A stretch of DNA of 64,000 nucleotides from Lepidodermella squamata (lineage: Eukaryota > Animalia > Gastrotricha): contig JBLDXI010000003.1 of NCBI GenBank assembly GCA_047495785.1, positions 1 to 64,000 on the forward strand, given 5' to 3'. A program made the position numbers and the translations under genes. Below the pieces are notes generated by a model, which did no database searches, was not told where the DNA came from, and was given only the letters and a program-made list of their open reading frames with translations. Within the stretch, counting starts at the first letter, position 1. Every line of letters starts with the position of its first letter. Shown one piece after another: positions 39,139 through 51,900 of the stretch.

Positions 39139-40181
39139 TGGAACTGGTGGCGATGAAGCCGATGGTGATGCTGACGATGACGAACAACGAACAGTTGTCG
39201 CGAGCCTGGGTTCCCTTCACCAGCAGCTTCGTCACAGGCGATCATCACCAGTCGCTCAGCCAAACCAGCTCAATGGCGAGCCATCAGCATAATCATCACC
39301 AGCCGATCATTCGCAAATCATCGACGCCGGCGAGTGCGCAGAGCTACCGGCTAGCGGCGCCGCCTCCCCCGCCGCTGCCACACGCCGCCGCCGTGGTTCA
39401 GTTCCTACATGTGCCCCAACACGGGCGCCGACTGCCAGTGTCGACGGCTGCTGCTGATGGTGGTTATCCGGCTAATCTCGTCGACGGCTTCATCACTCCG
39501 TAAGTTTTACATCAATTCTTAAATTTTTTCCGACATGTTTCAATTTTCGAACTACCGGAAAACAAATTCAAGGCCTTATTACTAGGTTATTACTGCGTTT
39601 TAAGCTCATTCGCCCCAATAACCCACCAATAAACAATTAGGAAATTAACAGCATAAACACGTGATAGCTTCTTATACTTAGTTTAAACTAGCATGATGTA
39701 CTTGGTCAGATTCCGAGTGCGATCAGCCGCTGCTGCGTCGAACCGGCCGCCTCTGCGACCAACCGCCGCCATCGTGCAAAACTGGCAGCAGCAGTACATC
39801 GCCAATCGATTGCCAGCCGCTGCTTCGAACCCAGGCGGTGACGGCAACATGCGGTCGACTGGGCGGCAACACGGCGGGCAGTCGCCTCGGCAGCCGGTCG
39901 GGCAACTCGCGGCTGCGAACCGCCTCGTCGCCGCGCAGCAGCGCCGCCACATCCCACAGCCGACGCCCGTCACCGTCATCGCACCGCCTCGACACAACAG
40001 CATACCTAGGATTAGTCTGCCTAGTAATAATAGTAATGGTAACAACAACAGCAACGGCGAAAAGGCGAGACCGGGACAGCGGCCGAACAGCGCTGCGAGC
40101 GACATCATCGACGACCACCACAGCGACTTTAACATCACTATCAAAATTGACCAAAATTCGTCAAACCACCTGCGCAGCTGA
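37464..40181 (+). CDS. Orphan, largely disordered protein (~659 aa; exons 37464-37806, 37915-38053, 38125-38369, 38428-38531, 38823-39499, 39710-40181)
   Basis: Five GT-AG introns join GC-rich ORF pieces in one continuous frame (1980 nt). The protein has His/Asn/Gln/Pro runs and no domain I recognise. Confidence 0.75.
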
Positions 40182-40335
40182 TCTTTTGTCTACCCTCGGC
40201 GTCAAAAGAAGGTCAACAGATAAAATAGTTCTGCTAGCTTTTTTTCAAAAAATTGTCTGTGTTTTCATCGTGTATTCAACTAAAAAAAAGAGTGCCTGTG
40301 AGCAATAAAAACTAATTATTTTACGATTATGTTAT

Positions 40336-41266
40336 TTATTGGCAAAATAATTTCACAATGGTGGAACTGATGAAGATGAGTAATACTAACAGGTGTGAAG
40401 GTGCTGGCAATGTCGGCGGTATCGATGCATTGCAGTAGTCGGCGTCGTCGCAGCATGACGTGCTATAAAATTTTCAATCATCTCCGATTGCCTGGTTGAA
40501 ATGATAATAATAATAATTCGAACCTGAGTGTCTCGTCTTCGATTGTGGCTCTTGACTCGGAGCAATACTCAGAACACAGCCTATATACAAGAAATTTCGT
40601 TAAAATTTATTTAAAAAATATTCAGAAATTCCGGAAAAATCCTTAAGCTTTACTCAACGAGGATTTTTAGAAAAATTCTGACTTAAATACTTTTAACCTT
40701 AAATAATATTTGGAATATTTTCAAAATACCGGTATCTTTGAAATATTTGGTTCAAATCGTTAGCAATCGTTGGCTCCGTAATAAAACGACTTGGTCATTA
40801 TCGGAAAATATGGCCATAGGAAACCACTAAAACTAAGGTAAATTCAAAGGAAAGTATAGCTTGCGTATTCGTAATTCTGGACCAAATAGCCTATAGCAGA
40901 GGTTATAAACGTTTTTTCAATGTGACTAACCGGGTGATGGTGGGTGCGTTGTTGCCGATGACGCTGACAATTTTCTTGCAATAGTGCGATCCGGAGCAAG
41001 TTTCACGAGGCGACGACGAGCTCGATGCCGATGACGTCGATGCTGATACGTTGCTGTGCGTGCTGATCATCAGCCGCTGGATGTCCGTATTGCACGGCCG
41101 TTCGTCCGAACACACGTGGTTGAAGCACGCCAGAGCAACAACGCCTATGATTGGTGTCACCAAAAAATCATCACTAGTTAGGTATGCAGCTCTCACCTGA
41201 TGAGGTTGAAGAGATGAGCAGTAATAACAGGGTGATACAAAGTGATAATGGCAAGTTGACTACCAT
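40336..41266 (-). CDS. Ly6/uPAR three-finger (Quiver/Sleepless-like) GPI-anchored protein (155 aa; exons 41266-41197, 41144-40931, 40580-40524, 40462-40336)
   Basis: Signal peptide, then LACFNHVC...PC...TC...YCKK...ITRLCSEYC...TSCCDDADYCN (10 Cys, CCxxxxxCN end), then a hydrophobic C-terminal tail. All intron phases agree. Confidence 0.88.
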
Positions 41267-41759
41267 TATGCGGGTTGACCTGAAAAAATCGAAGAGATCA
41301 AACGCAGTGAAGCGTTTTTCGCTTCTACAGAAACCAATGCGACGCGAGACGACTACACTCACTGCGGCTCGCAAAATGCAACGACAGCAGCAGCGGTCTT
41401 TATTAGGAAGCGCCGACCATCATCATCGTTATTGTTGTTGCTATTTCAGTAAAATACATGACGATGAAATAAATGCGCAATATCTGGGCATTCATGACCA
41501 TAAGGAGTCTCGATCGCAGATAATCAAATAAAAAACCGCAGCGATCCGCCTTATAATATTGCAACAATAGGCTGGTGCGCTTCAGCATTACTTTTCTATC
41601 GGCAGTTTTTCTTCGAAATTCAACAAATGACACAAGTGCTGTTTTACCTTATTCGAAAACCAAGACAAAAAATTAGCGACCAAATGTAACCAATGTTTAA
41701 TTGAATTTTATTCGATTCAGCCGAGAAAATGCGCAGTGAATAAAAATTAGGGCGCCGAT

Positions 41760-43172
41760 TTATGCGCCGTCGCGCAGGTCGCGCTGCTGCCGCGCGTAGT
41801 CCCATTCGCTGAGCTCGCGCATGTTGCGCTTGCCACCGCCGAAATTGCCGCCGTAGTCTCGCTGGCCGATCGGCTCGCTGCTCGGCATGTACCCGCCGCC
41901 GCCGCCGCCTTCAGACCGGGCCGGCGGTGGAGCTCCAGCATTGCTATTCGGGTAGTACGCTGGATACGGATTCGTCGCTATTATCTCAGGTTTTATCTGT
42001 TATAAAATGTATAAGATAGATTATAATAAGCGAAAATTTCAATTGAATCAAGCGAAGCAAATCCGAAAAATTGAAACAATTAATTTTTGCCCAAGAAGCA
42101 GCTGAAAATTCGTAAAAATTCTCATATGGAGTTTTTCGAGATTGCTGTGCCTTGATTTCAGCGGATTTTGTCTTTTTTCAATTTTTTCCAGAAAGCCCAA
42201 AGTAACTTGGGAAATTCCCACATTTTTCATGGTTAAAATCGCCAGAAATTCAAATATCAAGATCGCGAGTGGATTTTTCATCAATAAATGTAAAAATAAA
42301 TCGAATCAAATTTAAAAAGTTGGAATCTATTTCGAACTTCATCATCGTTATATATTTTGAAAATTGAAAGTGATTCGGCGGTGTGATATAAGTTAGGCTT
42401 ACGGGTTGTACGACGTAGGGCGGAGGCGGGGGCGGGAGGTCGTAGAGCGGGAAGACGCCGCCACCGCCGCCGGGGCCGGCTCCACGGCGGTACCACGACC
42501 TGCCTTCCGGGCGGCAGCAACAGCAGCAGATGATGGTGATGAGCACGGCGATGAGCAGAATCACAACGACGACGCTGATCCACAGCAACGGGTTCGATAC
42601 TACAATATGCGAAAAGCAACAAAAACTTTTCAATATCCGTATAGCAGAAGGCGAATGGGGGTCTATATAGGAGGTCTATACTGGAATCCTAACTATAATA
42701 TGCTTAGGTCTGTTAGGAAACGCACCGTCAAAAAATGCAGCAGCTGTCACGGCCATTAGAGGGTACTTATATGAGTCTCAGGTCAGTCGATGGGTGTGTC
42801 AATCGAACAGGTTGATTGATCCAAAAAGATGTGAGCAATCGATCAGTAGACTGAGATGGGCGATTCGTCGTTGCCGATTACAGTTGATTTTACAGTTGCC
42901 AACATGTTATGCCTCACTATAAGTATCTACACACCCTATATATTACATAATGGCATTGGTGATTTCAATTTGAACTGTGAGCTTATTTAAATTTTAGGAA
43001 ATTCAAAAAACCTCTATGATTGTTAGCCTGAAACCTAATCTATCGGTAATACACATTGGGCCAGATGTCGTTCTTCATCAACATTCGATATGGATGATGA
43101 CCTACTTGTGATGTTAGTGAACAGGTCATTCGAAGCCGTTGTAGTAGTAGTCGATGAGCCCCTGTTATCCAT
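41760..43172 (-). CDS. Shisa/WBP1-like single-pass protein: TM, CCCCC and PPPPPPY (exons 42599-42403 and 41996-41760; first exon 43172-43106 is tentative)
   Basis: LLWISVVVVILLIAVLITIICCCCCR and a PPxY WW-binding motif. A phase-0 intron leads to a Gly/Pro/Tyr-rich last exon. The candidate first exon MDNRGSSTTTT...NIT gives the phase-1 donor that is needed. Confidence 0.72.
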
Positions 43173-44399
43173 CTCCCTCTTATAGCAGTTTTATTAATCT
43201 AGTTGTCTGCAATATAATATTATTCTACTTATATCAGGCCTAATATGCAGTCGTAGGGTGAGACATCGTCAATTATTACCACCACAAGCAGTATGTTTTC
43301 TCATCGACAAGACCTGCTCTGTGTAGCGTCGCTAGGATGCGCGATGAAAGATGAAAGCGATACATGAAAAGCTTTTCTTTGGTTCATTCATTCTTGAAAT
43401 ATCGTCCCTGCCACTGCTCAGTCATTCATACAATCTCAAGGCCATGGTGAAAGACAGAAACGTACGTTTTTAGTAAGGATCAGCATGAAAGTTGGCAAAA
43501 TCACCCGCATACCTATAAAATGAACCTGAGGATATCAAATACACAATATAATATTTTCTTCCAGCAGAATCTCAAAATTTGGCGCCAATATAGACAGAAA
43601 AGCCATTTTTTCAATTTAAAATCACGTGAACACCAGGTGATAATGATCCTTTACATACAACAATTGCATGCGAATAATTTTTGCGACCGTTAGAGCCAAG
43701 GCTAAATCAAGGTCTGGCAGATGGTAGAGAAAATATGCTGTTTTGTGCTTTAGAATTTCAATGCGCTGTTGTCTCCTGCCTAAGCCACAGGTCTGCCTAT
43801 TGCGCGTATTTTGCGCTATATGAAGCGGTCAGTTTACGAATCATTCATATTCAATATCGATTCCAATTATACCGGTTTAAAAAACATGGATTTTTCTAAT
43901 TTATTCAACCGGCTCGAATCACAACGAAAGAACAGTGGGTGACTTTCGACATCAAGATAAAGTCGGAACCCCACATTTGTAGCGTGTTTTAACCTCAATT
44001 CAACGTTTGGCCGCTGTTTTCTTTTACGACGACGCATGATCTAAAGAGTTGAATAATTTGTATTCGGTTTCTTTACTTTATTCGCCATCATCATGAACAG
44101 AATTCATGATTAAAACTCGAAAGCCTGCGCTGTCATATTATCGGCAAGAATTACGTTTCATTTAATGCGATGCGCGGTAATAATTCCTGAATTTTTCATA
44201 AAAATGCGTGTTTTTTGCATTTATATTACCTAAAAGCGGACGCGGGTACGTGATTGGAAAACGGTCTTCATCGCCCAGGTGCCGGCTAAGCGCAGAGAGT
44301 GGTTTACTTTTCGTGATTTCGCGTGCCTACCTGGCGGTGTGGTGGTTGGTGCCTGGCAGAATTTGCGAATCGATCGCCCGCACGCGCGCGCGCGCATCC

Positions 44400-47300
44400 C
44401 TGTGGTTGCCTTTTTTGCGGTCTCGGTTGGTATTAAAAAGGTGGCGTTTCACGAGTGCAAAGTTTACTCAACACAGCCTACGCAATGGGCGCCGCTGCCG
44501 TCTGCCATCATCATCATGCTCATGCGATGTTATCAGCAGCAGCAGCAGCAGGTATAAAAAACTATACGTAGTAGCGAGAAACGAACGAAAAAACAGTCAC
44601 GCGCGCGCGGGCATATTATCAAGAATCGCACCTGTACAATAAGTTAGCTTGGACCAGAGTCGGCGGAGTCGCAATACGACTTGGTCGTCATTAGTCATCG
44701 ATGATGATGACTGCTATGGCACGAGGCGTGGCCAAGTGGTCACTCTCGAGCGGCTGGCACAATGCCGGCGAGTGCGCCATTAGCCGAAACTCATCTCGTC
44801 AGCCGCGCATGCTGCTCGATTTGCCGCCGCCAACAACAATTACCTAGTAGTAACTATTGCTATTATTATTATTATTACCTACTACACCCGGGTTTTTTTT
44901 GTTAGCTCTTCTCCTCCAGCTTGACCAAATGGTACAAGATATTTTTTATTTCCTTTTTGTGCCAACATGTATAACAATAATAATATAGCCGATTTCTTTT
45001 GACCTCAATTCTCGTGCTCATCTTTCTATCAGGTCATCTCATGACGGCGTCTAGCAATTACGCAATAGTTTTCTACGCACAACTACGCACAACGAATAAA
45101 AACGTAAAAAGTTCGAAAACTGAACGCACGCGATTTCAATAATCAATCGATCTTATTTTTTTCGATGCTCCCCGAAACTACCATCTACACAGACTGTATT
45201 TGCGCAATTGCAACACAGTGCTTTTACACTAATAATGCCAACGTAAAATTCTGCAGTTTTGATAAAAATTGCTCAAATTATGCACAAAGTGCCTACCTAT
45301 AAATTCCATAAATATTAGCCGGTGATCCTGTATATTTTACGAATTTTTTCGAACATGTTTTAGCGAAATTCGATCGGCTCCTGAATTATCAGTTAATCCT
45401 TTGAGAAATTGGTTCTTTGTGTGAGTAACGGCCAAAATTGTGTTTCCGCTTCAAAATGAAAGTCGAATTTCATGTTAATTCTAGGGATATATTTAAGGAA
45501 TTTAATCCATTTATATGGAAAATCCGCAATTTTCTGCTTTATGCGCGAATTTATCATCCCATGTCCCATTTTATCGGTAAATCCTACGATGATTCCTGGA
45601 AAATCGTAGCTCCAATAGTTCATCTTAGATCCATCTTCGCTTCAATTTTCCGTAATTTAAAATGTTAAGATCCTGTTGTACTCGTTTCTTGATGTCCCAA
45701 ATTCGCACAAATTCGCGTTTGATCGGACAAAAAATTTCGTACTTGGGAAGAGGCGGTGTTTTCAATCGATCAGCCGTTACACGCAGATAATTGGCCGATA
45801 TTATACACATCACGGCGCCAGTTATAAGCGATCGGCCGTTCTCGATTGATCATTCGTTATAAGACTGCTACTATCTCCCGGCAACAACGTGTCGCCTCGA
45901 GGCCGAGTGACGCACCTGGCGGCGGCGGCGGCGGCGCGATTGACAGTAGTTATTGTGGGTGTGCTGGTGTCATCACAGTGGGCGGCGGTCTAATTAGCAT
46001 AGTGGAATGAGCACACATTATATGGGTACGAGTACGGAAAAAACTCATCATCATATAGTTTATCGCTCTTTTTTTTACAAAATACACCGCATAGTCGCGC
46101 AGATCAACTTCCGGCTTTTGCGAACGCAAAAAACCAAAGCTAGCGGCTGCTGATAACCACCCGCCGCGAACATAGTGTTGTTAAATTAACCGCAATGTTT
46201 ACACTAGTTAATGCGCTAGTTTGATGGAAGTATCTCACGCGGGATTTCTTGGTACACGGCGGCGCCGCTGCAGCCGCCTGGCACAGCAGAGCCGCCTGGA
46301 CAGGTGAAAAAAGCGGAGCGCTTCCGATTAATTATTGCTGCCCAGGTAGGTAAATCGGCGCCGCGATGATTATTGCGCCTGCGGTGCTGCTGTTGCGTTC
46401 ATCGGCCGTGTATAGAAACAATAATAATAATAACAGCGATGTAGCGATTTCTGGCAGCCAGCCGCCAGTCAGTCAGTCAGGCTCAGCCAGTAGCATGTTT
46501 TACCTGATGCGTTGATTTGAGATTATTCTTCCCGTATTTTTCTGTTCTACTGGTTTTGCACTGCCTTGTATTGTTTCTCTTTTTTCTTGGCTGCGATTTT
46601 TCGTCGGCCGTTTATTTACAGCAGCGCGATCAAGTTTTTTAGGCCGCCTGGAAAGCTCATCATCTCACGTTACCATCGCAGGCAGGAAAAGTTGTTTTTA
46701 AATTCGCATTTGTGCGCAAATTGCTGCTCATAATCAGCAATCGAGCGTGTGCGCGCAGTGTTGGTGGAAAAACAGCACAAAACAGCAACTCTCACTCGGG
46801 CCAGCAATTAAAACTCGGCCAAGCGCCGCGCGCTAATAATACACTAGACCGCCACCGCCACCGCCACCGCCGCCGCAAATTTATTGCCTTTTTTGTTTTA
46901 TTGGCATCGCCGATGGCTGCTGCAGCTGGGCCGTCCTCCGCCGTCGTCGCCCTCCTTTTTTCTACATCATCTACATCAGCTGCGGTGCAGCAGGGTACAG
47001 CCATCGACAGCGTTAGTTAGTTAGTTAGTTAGTTTCTTCGTTAGTGCACACACGCTCAGGTAATTAGGAAGCAGCCAGCGAGCAGCGAACGAGCTAACGA
47101 CGAGCGCTGAAGAAAAAAAGCAACTTCGTCGTGTCGATTCGCCGTCGATGACTTGTCGCCTTGACTTTTACTACTACTACTACTACTACTACTACTACGA
47201 CTGTTGCGATTCGGATTAGCTCACGCGCGTATATAATTGCTTCGCTTTTTGCCTGCCTGCCGTCGTCGTCGGCGTCGTCGGCGTCGGCGCTGCTATTGCT

Positions 47301-48900
47301 GCTGCTGCTGCTGCTGCTGGAATAATTCACGACCCAGCGAGTTATTACTAAAGCCCCGCGCCGATACGTCGTCGTTCATCATCTCACCTATACTACGACG
47401 TGTTTTTTGTTATTTTTTCTGCTGTGCAAGTCGCCGTAAACAAATCTGGTACTATTTTTTGCCGAGTTCGCTGCCACTGGAGAGGCCTGGTATTTAACTA
47501 GCTCTCCATCACTTGTCATCTCGAGACGCATGTCATCGTTGAGGAGAGAGCGAGAGAGACAGTAACGGATACCAGCAGCACTTGCGCTACCTTTCTGCTA
47601 ATCGATCAATCCCGCATTTTTTAGTCGTCCGCACTCTTCTTATTTCTACTACTGGAAAGCAGAGAAGATTTATTAGACTCGCGACAACGCTGCTGCTGTT
47701 TTCTTTATCGAGCAGTTTGACCCAGCAGCAGCACGTGGCAACACTACTTGATTCTCATCTCGTACGAAAAGTGGTTTTTTTCTTAGATTGCACTTCATCA
47801 CCATCTTTTATCGCCGATTGATGATGATGATGATGATGATGAGAGTGACGATTATTAGGCCGCTTTCGCATTATTTTATTATTATTATTATCATCATCAC
47901 AAATTGTGCATTATTCAACTGTGATTGCTGCAGCTGCCCTGCCGCGCCGCTAAAATTTATTTCCACTATGGGATGTGCTAAATATCGGCTACTACGACGA
48001 CTACTACTACTACTATAACTATCTGCGGTATTGTGGGAATTAGCAGTAGCAGCAGCAGCTCGATTGAACACATGCATACAAATACACAAACTGTCAGGTG
48101 GTTGTCGATGATGAGCATGGATGAGCGCTTTATCTAACTTCCGCTGGTGGTCGACATCGTCGTCGCCGTTGTTTTTTGCCGATCATCGCTGCTGCTGCTG
48201 CTGCTGCTGCTAATCGCGATTGTCAATTAGCAGTGGCATGCACCGGCGGCGGACTTTTCCCAATACAGCGCGGCGCAATACATCCTTTACAAGTAGAGTA
48301 CTAAATAGTACTACAACTGGTTCTTCGGAACCATCACCACCACTACCAACCAGCTGATGTAGCCGCAACAAAAGTAGGCGGCGGCGGCAGCGTTGTTCGT
48401 TCATGCAAAAAGACGGCGCTTTTTCCCACCGATGCCGCTCTAGTAATAATAAAACTACGACTGATTAATCTTTTGCGATTTTATTGCTGCCAAGACGTCG
48501 AGAGGTCATCCACATCTCCTTTATTGCGAACACTTGACCCATCATCCACAGTCGCAGTTGTTGTTGTTATTGTTGTTTACTCGCAGTTTTTCATCAACAT
48601 CGCCGCCAGTATAACTAATTAGTACTGCTGTGTTTTTTACTACTACAACTACTACTACCTTGTTTTAATTTATAGGTGTTTAACAAAAAACTTGTGTGTT
48701 TATTTTATTAATTAGTTGAGCTGTTAATTACGATTATTACGATTAGCCGCCGCGTAACGATCACGGCCTCGCAACTCCGCCGTCATCGTCGTGTGTTGTC
48801 TTCTTTTTCTTCTTCTTCTTCGTCTCTTCATCCTCATCATCATCGTGTTGTCGTAAGTGTGTGTTCGCGAAACCACATCAGCTGCTATTCTTCGTCGGTG
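44400..48900. repeat. Microsatellite-rich non-coding region upstream of the EAAT gene (CTA, GCT, ATG, ATT, TTAG, GGC runs)
   Basis: Many short trinucleotide and tetranucleotide tracts and no coherent spliced ORF. Confidence 0.6.
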
Positions 48901-48940
48901 ATCCAGTCGTCGATAATCAGTAGTAATCAATAAACACAGA

Positions 48941-51900
48941 ATGTCAGAGTTGGGCTCTTCGGTGCGGCAGCGGCTGCGGGCGGCGCTCGACGACGTGCGG
49001 ACGTGCACGCCGGCGTCGTGTTGCTCCGCGTTCCGCTCGTGGATGTGGCGCAACCTGCTGCTCGTGCTGCTGCTCACGTTCATGGTCGGCGGCATCGTCA
49101 CCGGTCTGCTCATCAAGTCGAACGGCATCGTGTTCACGCAGCGGCAACTCAAGTACTTTGGCTTCCCCGGCGAGATCCTGATGCGACTCCTCAAAATGAT
49201 CATCATCCCGCTGATCGTGTCGTCGCTCATGGCCGGCCTCGCCAACCTCGACCTGAAAACCTCCGGCAAGATCGGCGTGCGCGCCTGCGCCTACTACGTC
49301 GCCACCACGCTCATCGCCGTCGTGCTCGGCATCGTCCTCGTGCAGATCATCCGGCCGGGTGAGCGCGTCGACGGCGCCGCCGCCCGCCTCCCGCCCACTT
49401 CCAAGGTCACGCAGGTGTCCAGCGTCGACGCCATGATGGACCTGGTTCGCAACGTCTTCCCAGATAACCTCATCGAAGCGTGCTTTCGCCTTGTAAGTCA
49501 TTTGTTTTTTTTTCTTGCTGTTAATTAATTGCTGTTCTCAAATCCGCGGACTCGCGGCGCGCGCACTAATAATAATAATGCGTATTAAAAGTAATAAAAA
49601 TCTAGGTTGCTGCGCGCGCAATTAATAACGCTGCTTTTACTAATACTACATTTTTGTCTGTTTGTTCTTGTTATTTATTGTGTTGCCTGCTCTTCGTCTA
49701 TGACCTCTCTATCATCTGTGATCTCTGAATGAATGGCACACCACCACAAAAAACACACTCATACACTACTACACCAAATCGTCGTGGTCGTCGTCTACTA
49801 CTACTACAACTACTACTAAAACTACTAAAACCACTGCTTGCTGTTTCTATCATCGCCATCATCTGCCGTCTATCCTAACATTCCGCCATTGCCATCGCCG
49901 TTGCCGTCGCTGAAACAGACTACGACCAGGTACAAGGAGGAACCGAAAGACCCGTGCAAGAACTGCGTGGCGCAGGCTGCTGCCGCCGCAGCCGCAGCCG
50001 CCGCCGATTCCGCCGCGTCAGGCGCCGCTGCTGCCTCGGTAACACAAGCTTTACTAACCTAATAACTGAAAATACTTACCTACTGTAGCTTTTGATATTG
50101 ACCTAGCTTTAGCCCCAAAACCACCTCATCATAGCTATGATGTATTTTAACCTCTGTAAATGCTCTGTTTTGATGATCAGTCGTCGTCGTCGTCGTCGTC
50201 GTCATCCAGTGGTGGTCGAGTGGCGTCGGGGCGGCGTGGTTCGTCGTCGTCGTCGTCGAGTCGGCAGGTGCCGCCTGCTGACAAGGCGCTCGCGTCCACC
50301 ATGTCCAAGTCGCCGCCACCGCAGCCGGTCGGCGCCCTGCTCGTGGCGCACCTGCGCGCGGGCTCCGGCGTCGGCGGCGGCGGCGGTGGTGGTGGGGCGC
50401 CGCGGTCACGCTCGACGTCGCCACGCCCGCCCTCTGCCGCTGTCAATTCAAAGGCAGGGTTTTTTTACAACTGTGTTTTAGCTGGCTATTACAAAAAACA
50501 ACAAAAAACGCACACAACAACGCAGAATTTTGTAGCTCATTGCGTTCCGTGTTTTTGAATTATTTTTCGATTTTGCGTTTTTACACGCTGAAAAATGTCG
50601 TCGTCGTCGTGGAGTGTCGGTGACACGAACATGCACAGTTCACGCCTTTTTGTTACGTATCAATGTTGTTGTCGTTGCTGCTGCTGCTGCTGCCGCTGCT
50701 GCTGCTGTTCGTCGTTTTCGATAGTACCTAGCCGTCATTTTAGATGTAGATTTTTTTCTTGATTTAATTGCCGTTTTATTTTTGTAGATATTATGGGTTT
50801 TTATTCCTGATTTCGGTGGCTTTTATAGAACAGATTAGCGATACGATTTTTTTCCATTGCAAAGTGCGTAAAAATGCAAATTTGTTCGTTTAAATTTCTA
50901 GGGTAGAAAAAAATGTGCAAGGAAGTATAATACTTATAATACTCTGACGCAAATAGTATTGCGTCGGTGTTGAATCGAATTATACCTGGCTAATATTATT
51001 ATTATTACTATTGGTTGACGCCCTAGATGAATTACGTATTGCATTGATAGTTGATTGAAGCAATGAAACCGAAATTTCCGTTTTGTGCACGTACACTATA
51101 ATATTGGTGCAACAATAACTTCTAACAACGTACTAATTTTCGTGTAGTTAACCCAGTTTTACTCATTATTAGATGAATGTTATTATCTTTTCAAACAATG
51201 CAGTTTATTATTTTTCCCCGAAATATTTCATTTTATTTTATGAAACGCAATATATGTTATCGCTGGCAGTGCTAATTGCGTGTTTTTTCTTCTTGCCTTG
51301 CTTTGCTGTGCATATAGACGCGAACTGTCGGCAAGGACATTGTCGTCGTGAAGCGGAACACCACGGACAATTCGACGGCGTACAACATAACAGTCACAGG
51401 TCAGTCTTTGCTTGAAGCGTCAATCGATTGAAAATAGGTACTTATCACTGGAACAACAACACAAAAAATGATATTAAAATGAAATCGTTGCAATTTTCTC
51501 GTGAAAGAAGTCTTAGAAGGAGAGTAAACATTTCGTGGCTAATTTTAGCCGTTGGGACATATCTGCTTGCTTTTTGCAACGTGCGGCAATCAGTTTTGGT
51601 TTCCTTTCGGCAATAGGCAAACCGTATATCCGGGAAAAGTTGGCGCTACTTCCGCGATATTAATTAGTTTTATACACCGAAGTAGCATCAGTTACTTCTT
51701 TGTAACTGAGATCTCGATCAGCATCGATTTCTCGATTTTTTTTTTACGAAAATTCGATATTTTTGGGTACTAATTTTTAAGCGGAACCGAATCGCTAACA
51801 AATTTCTTCTTCACATTTTTTTTTAATTTTGCGGGTTTTGATGATTATGCTATACGAAATGTAGCTGAATTACAAAATACAATTTCAGTAGTTTGCGTTT

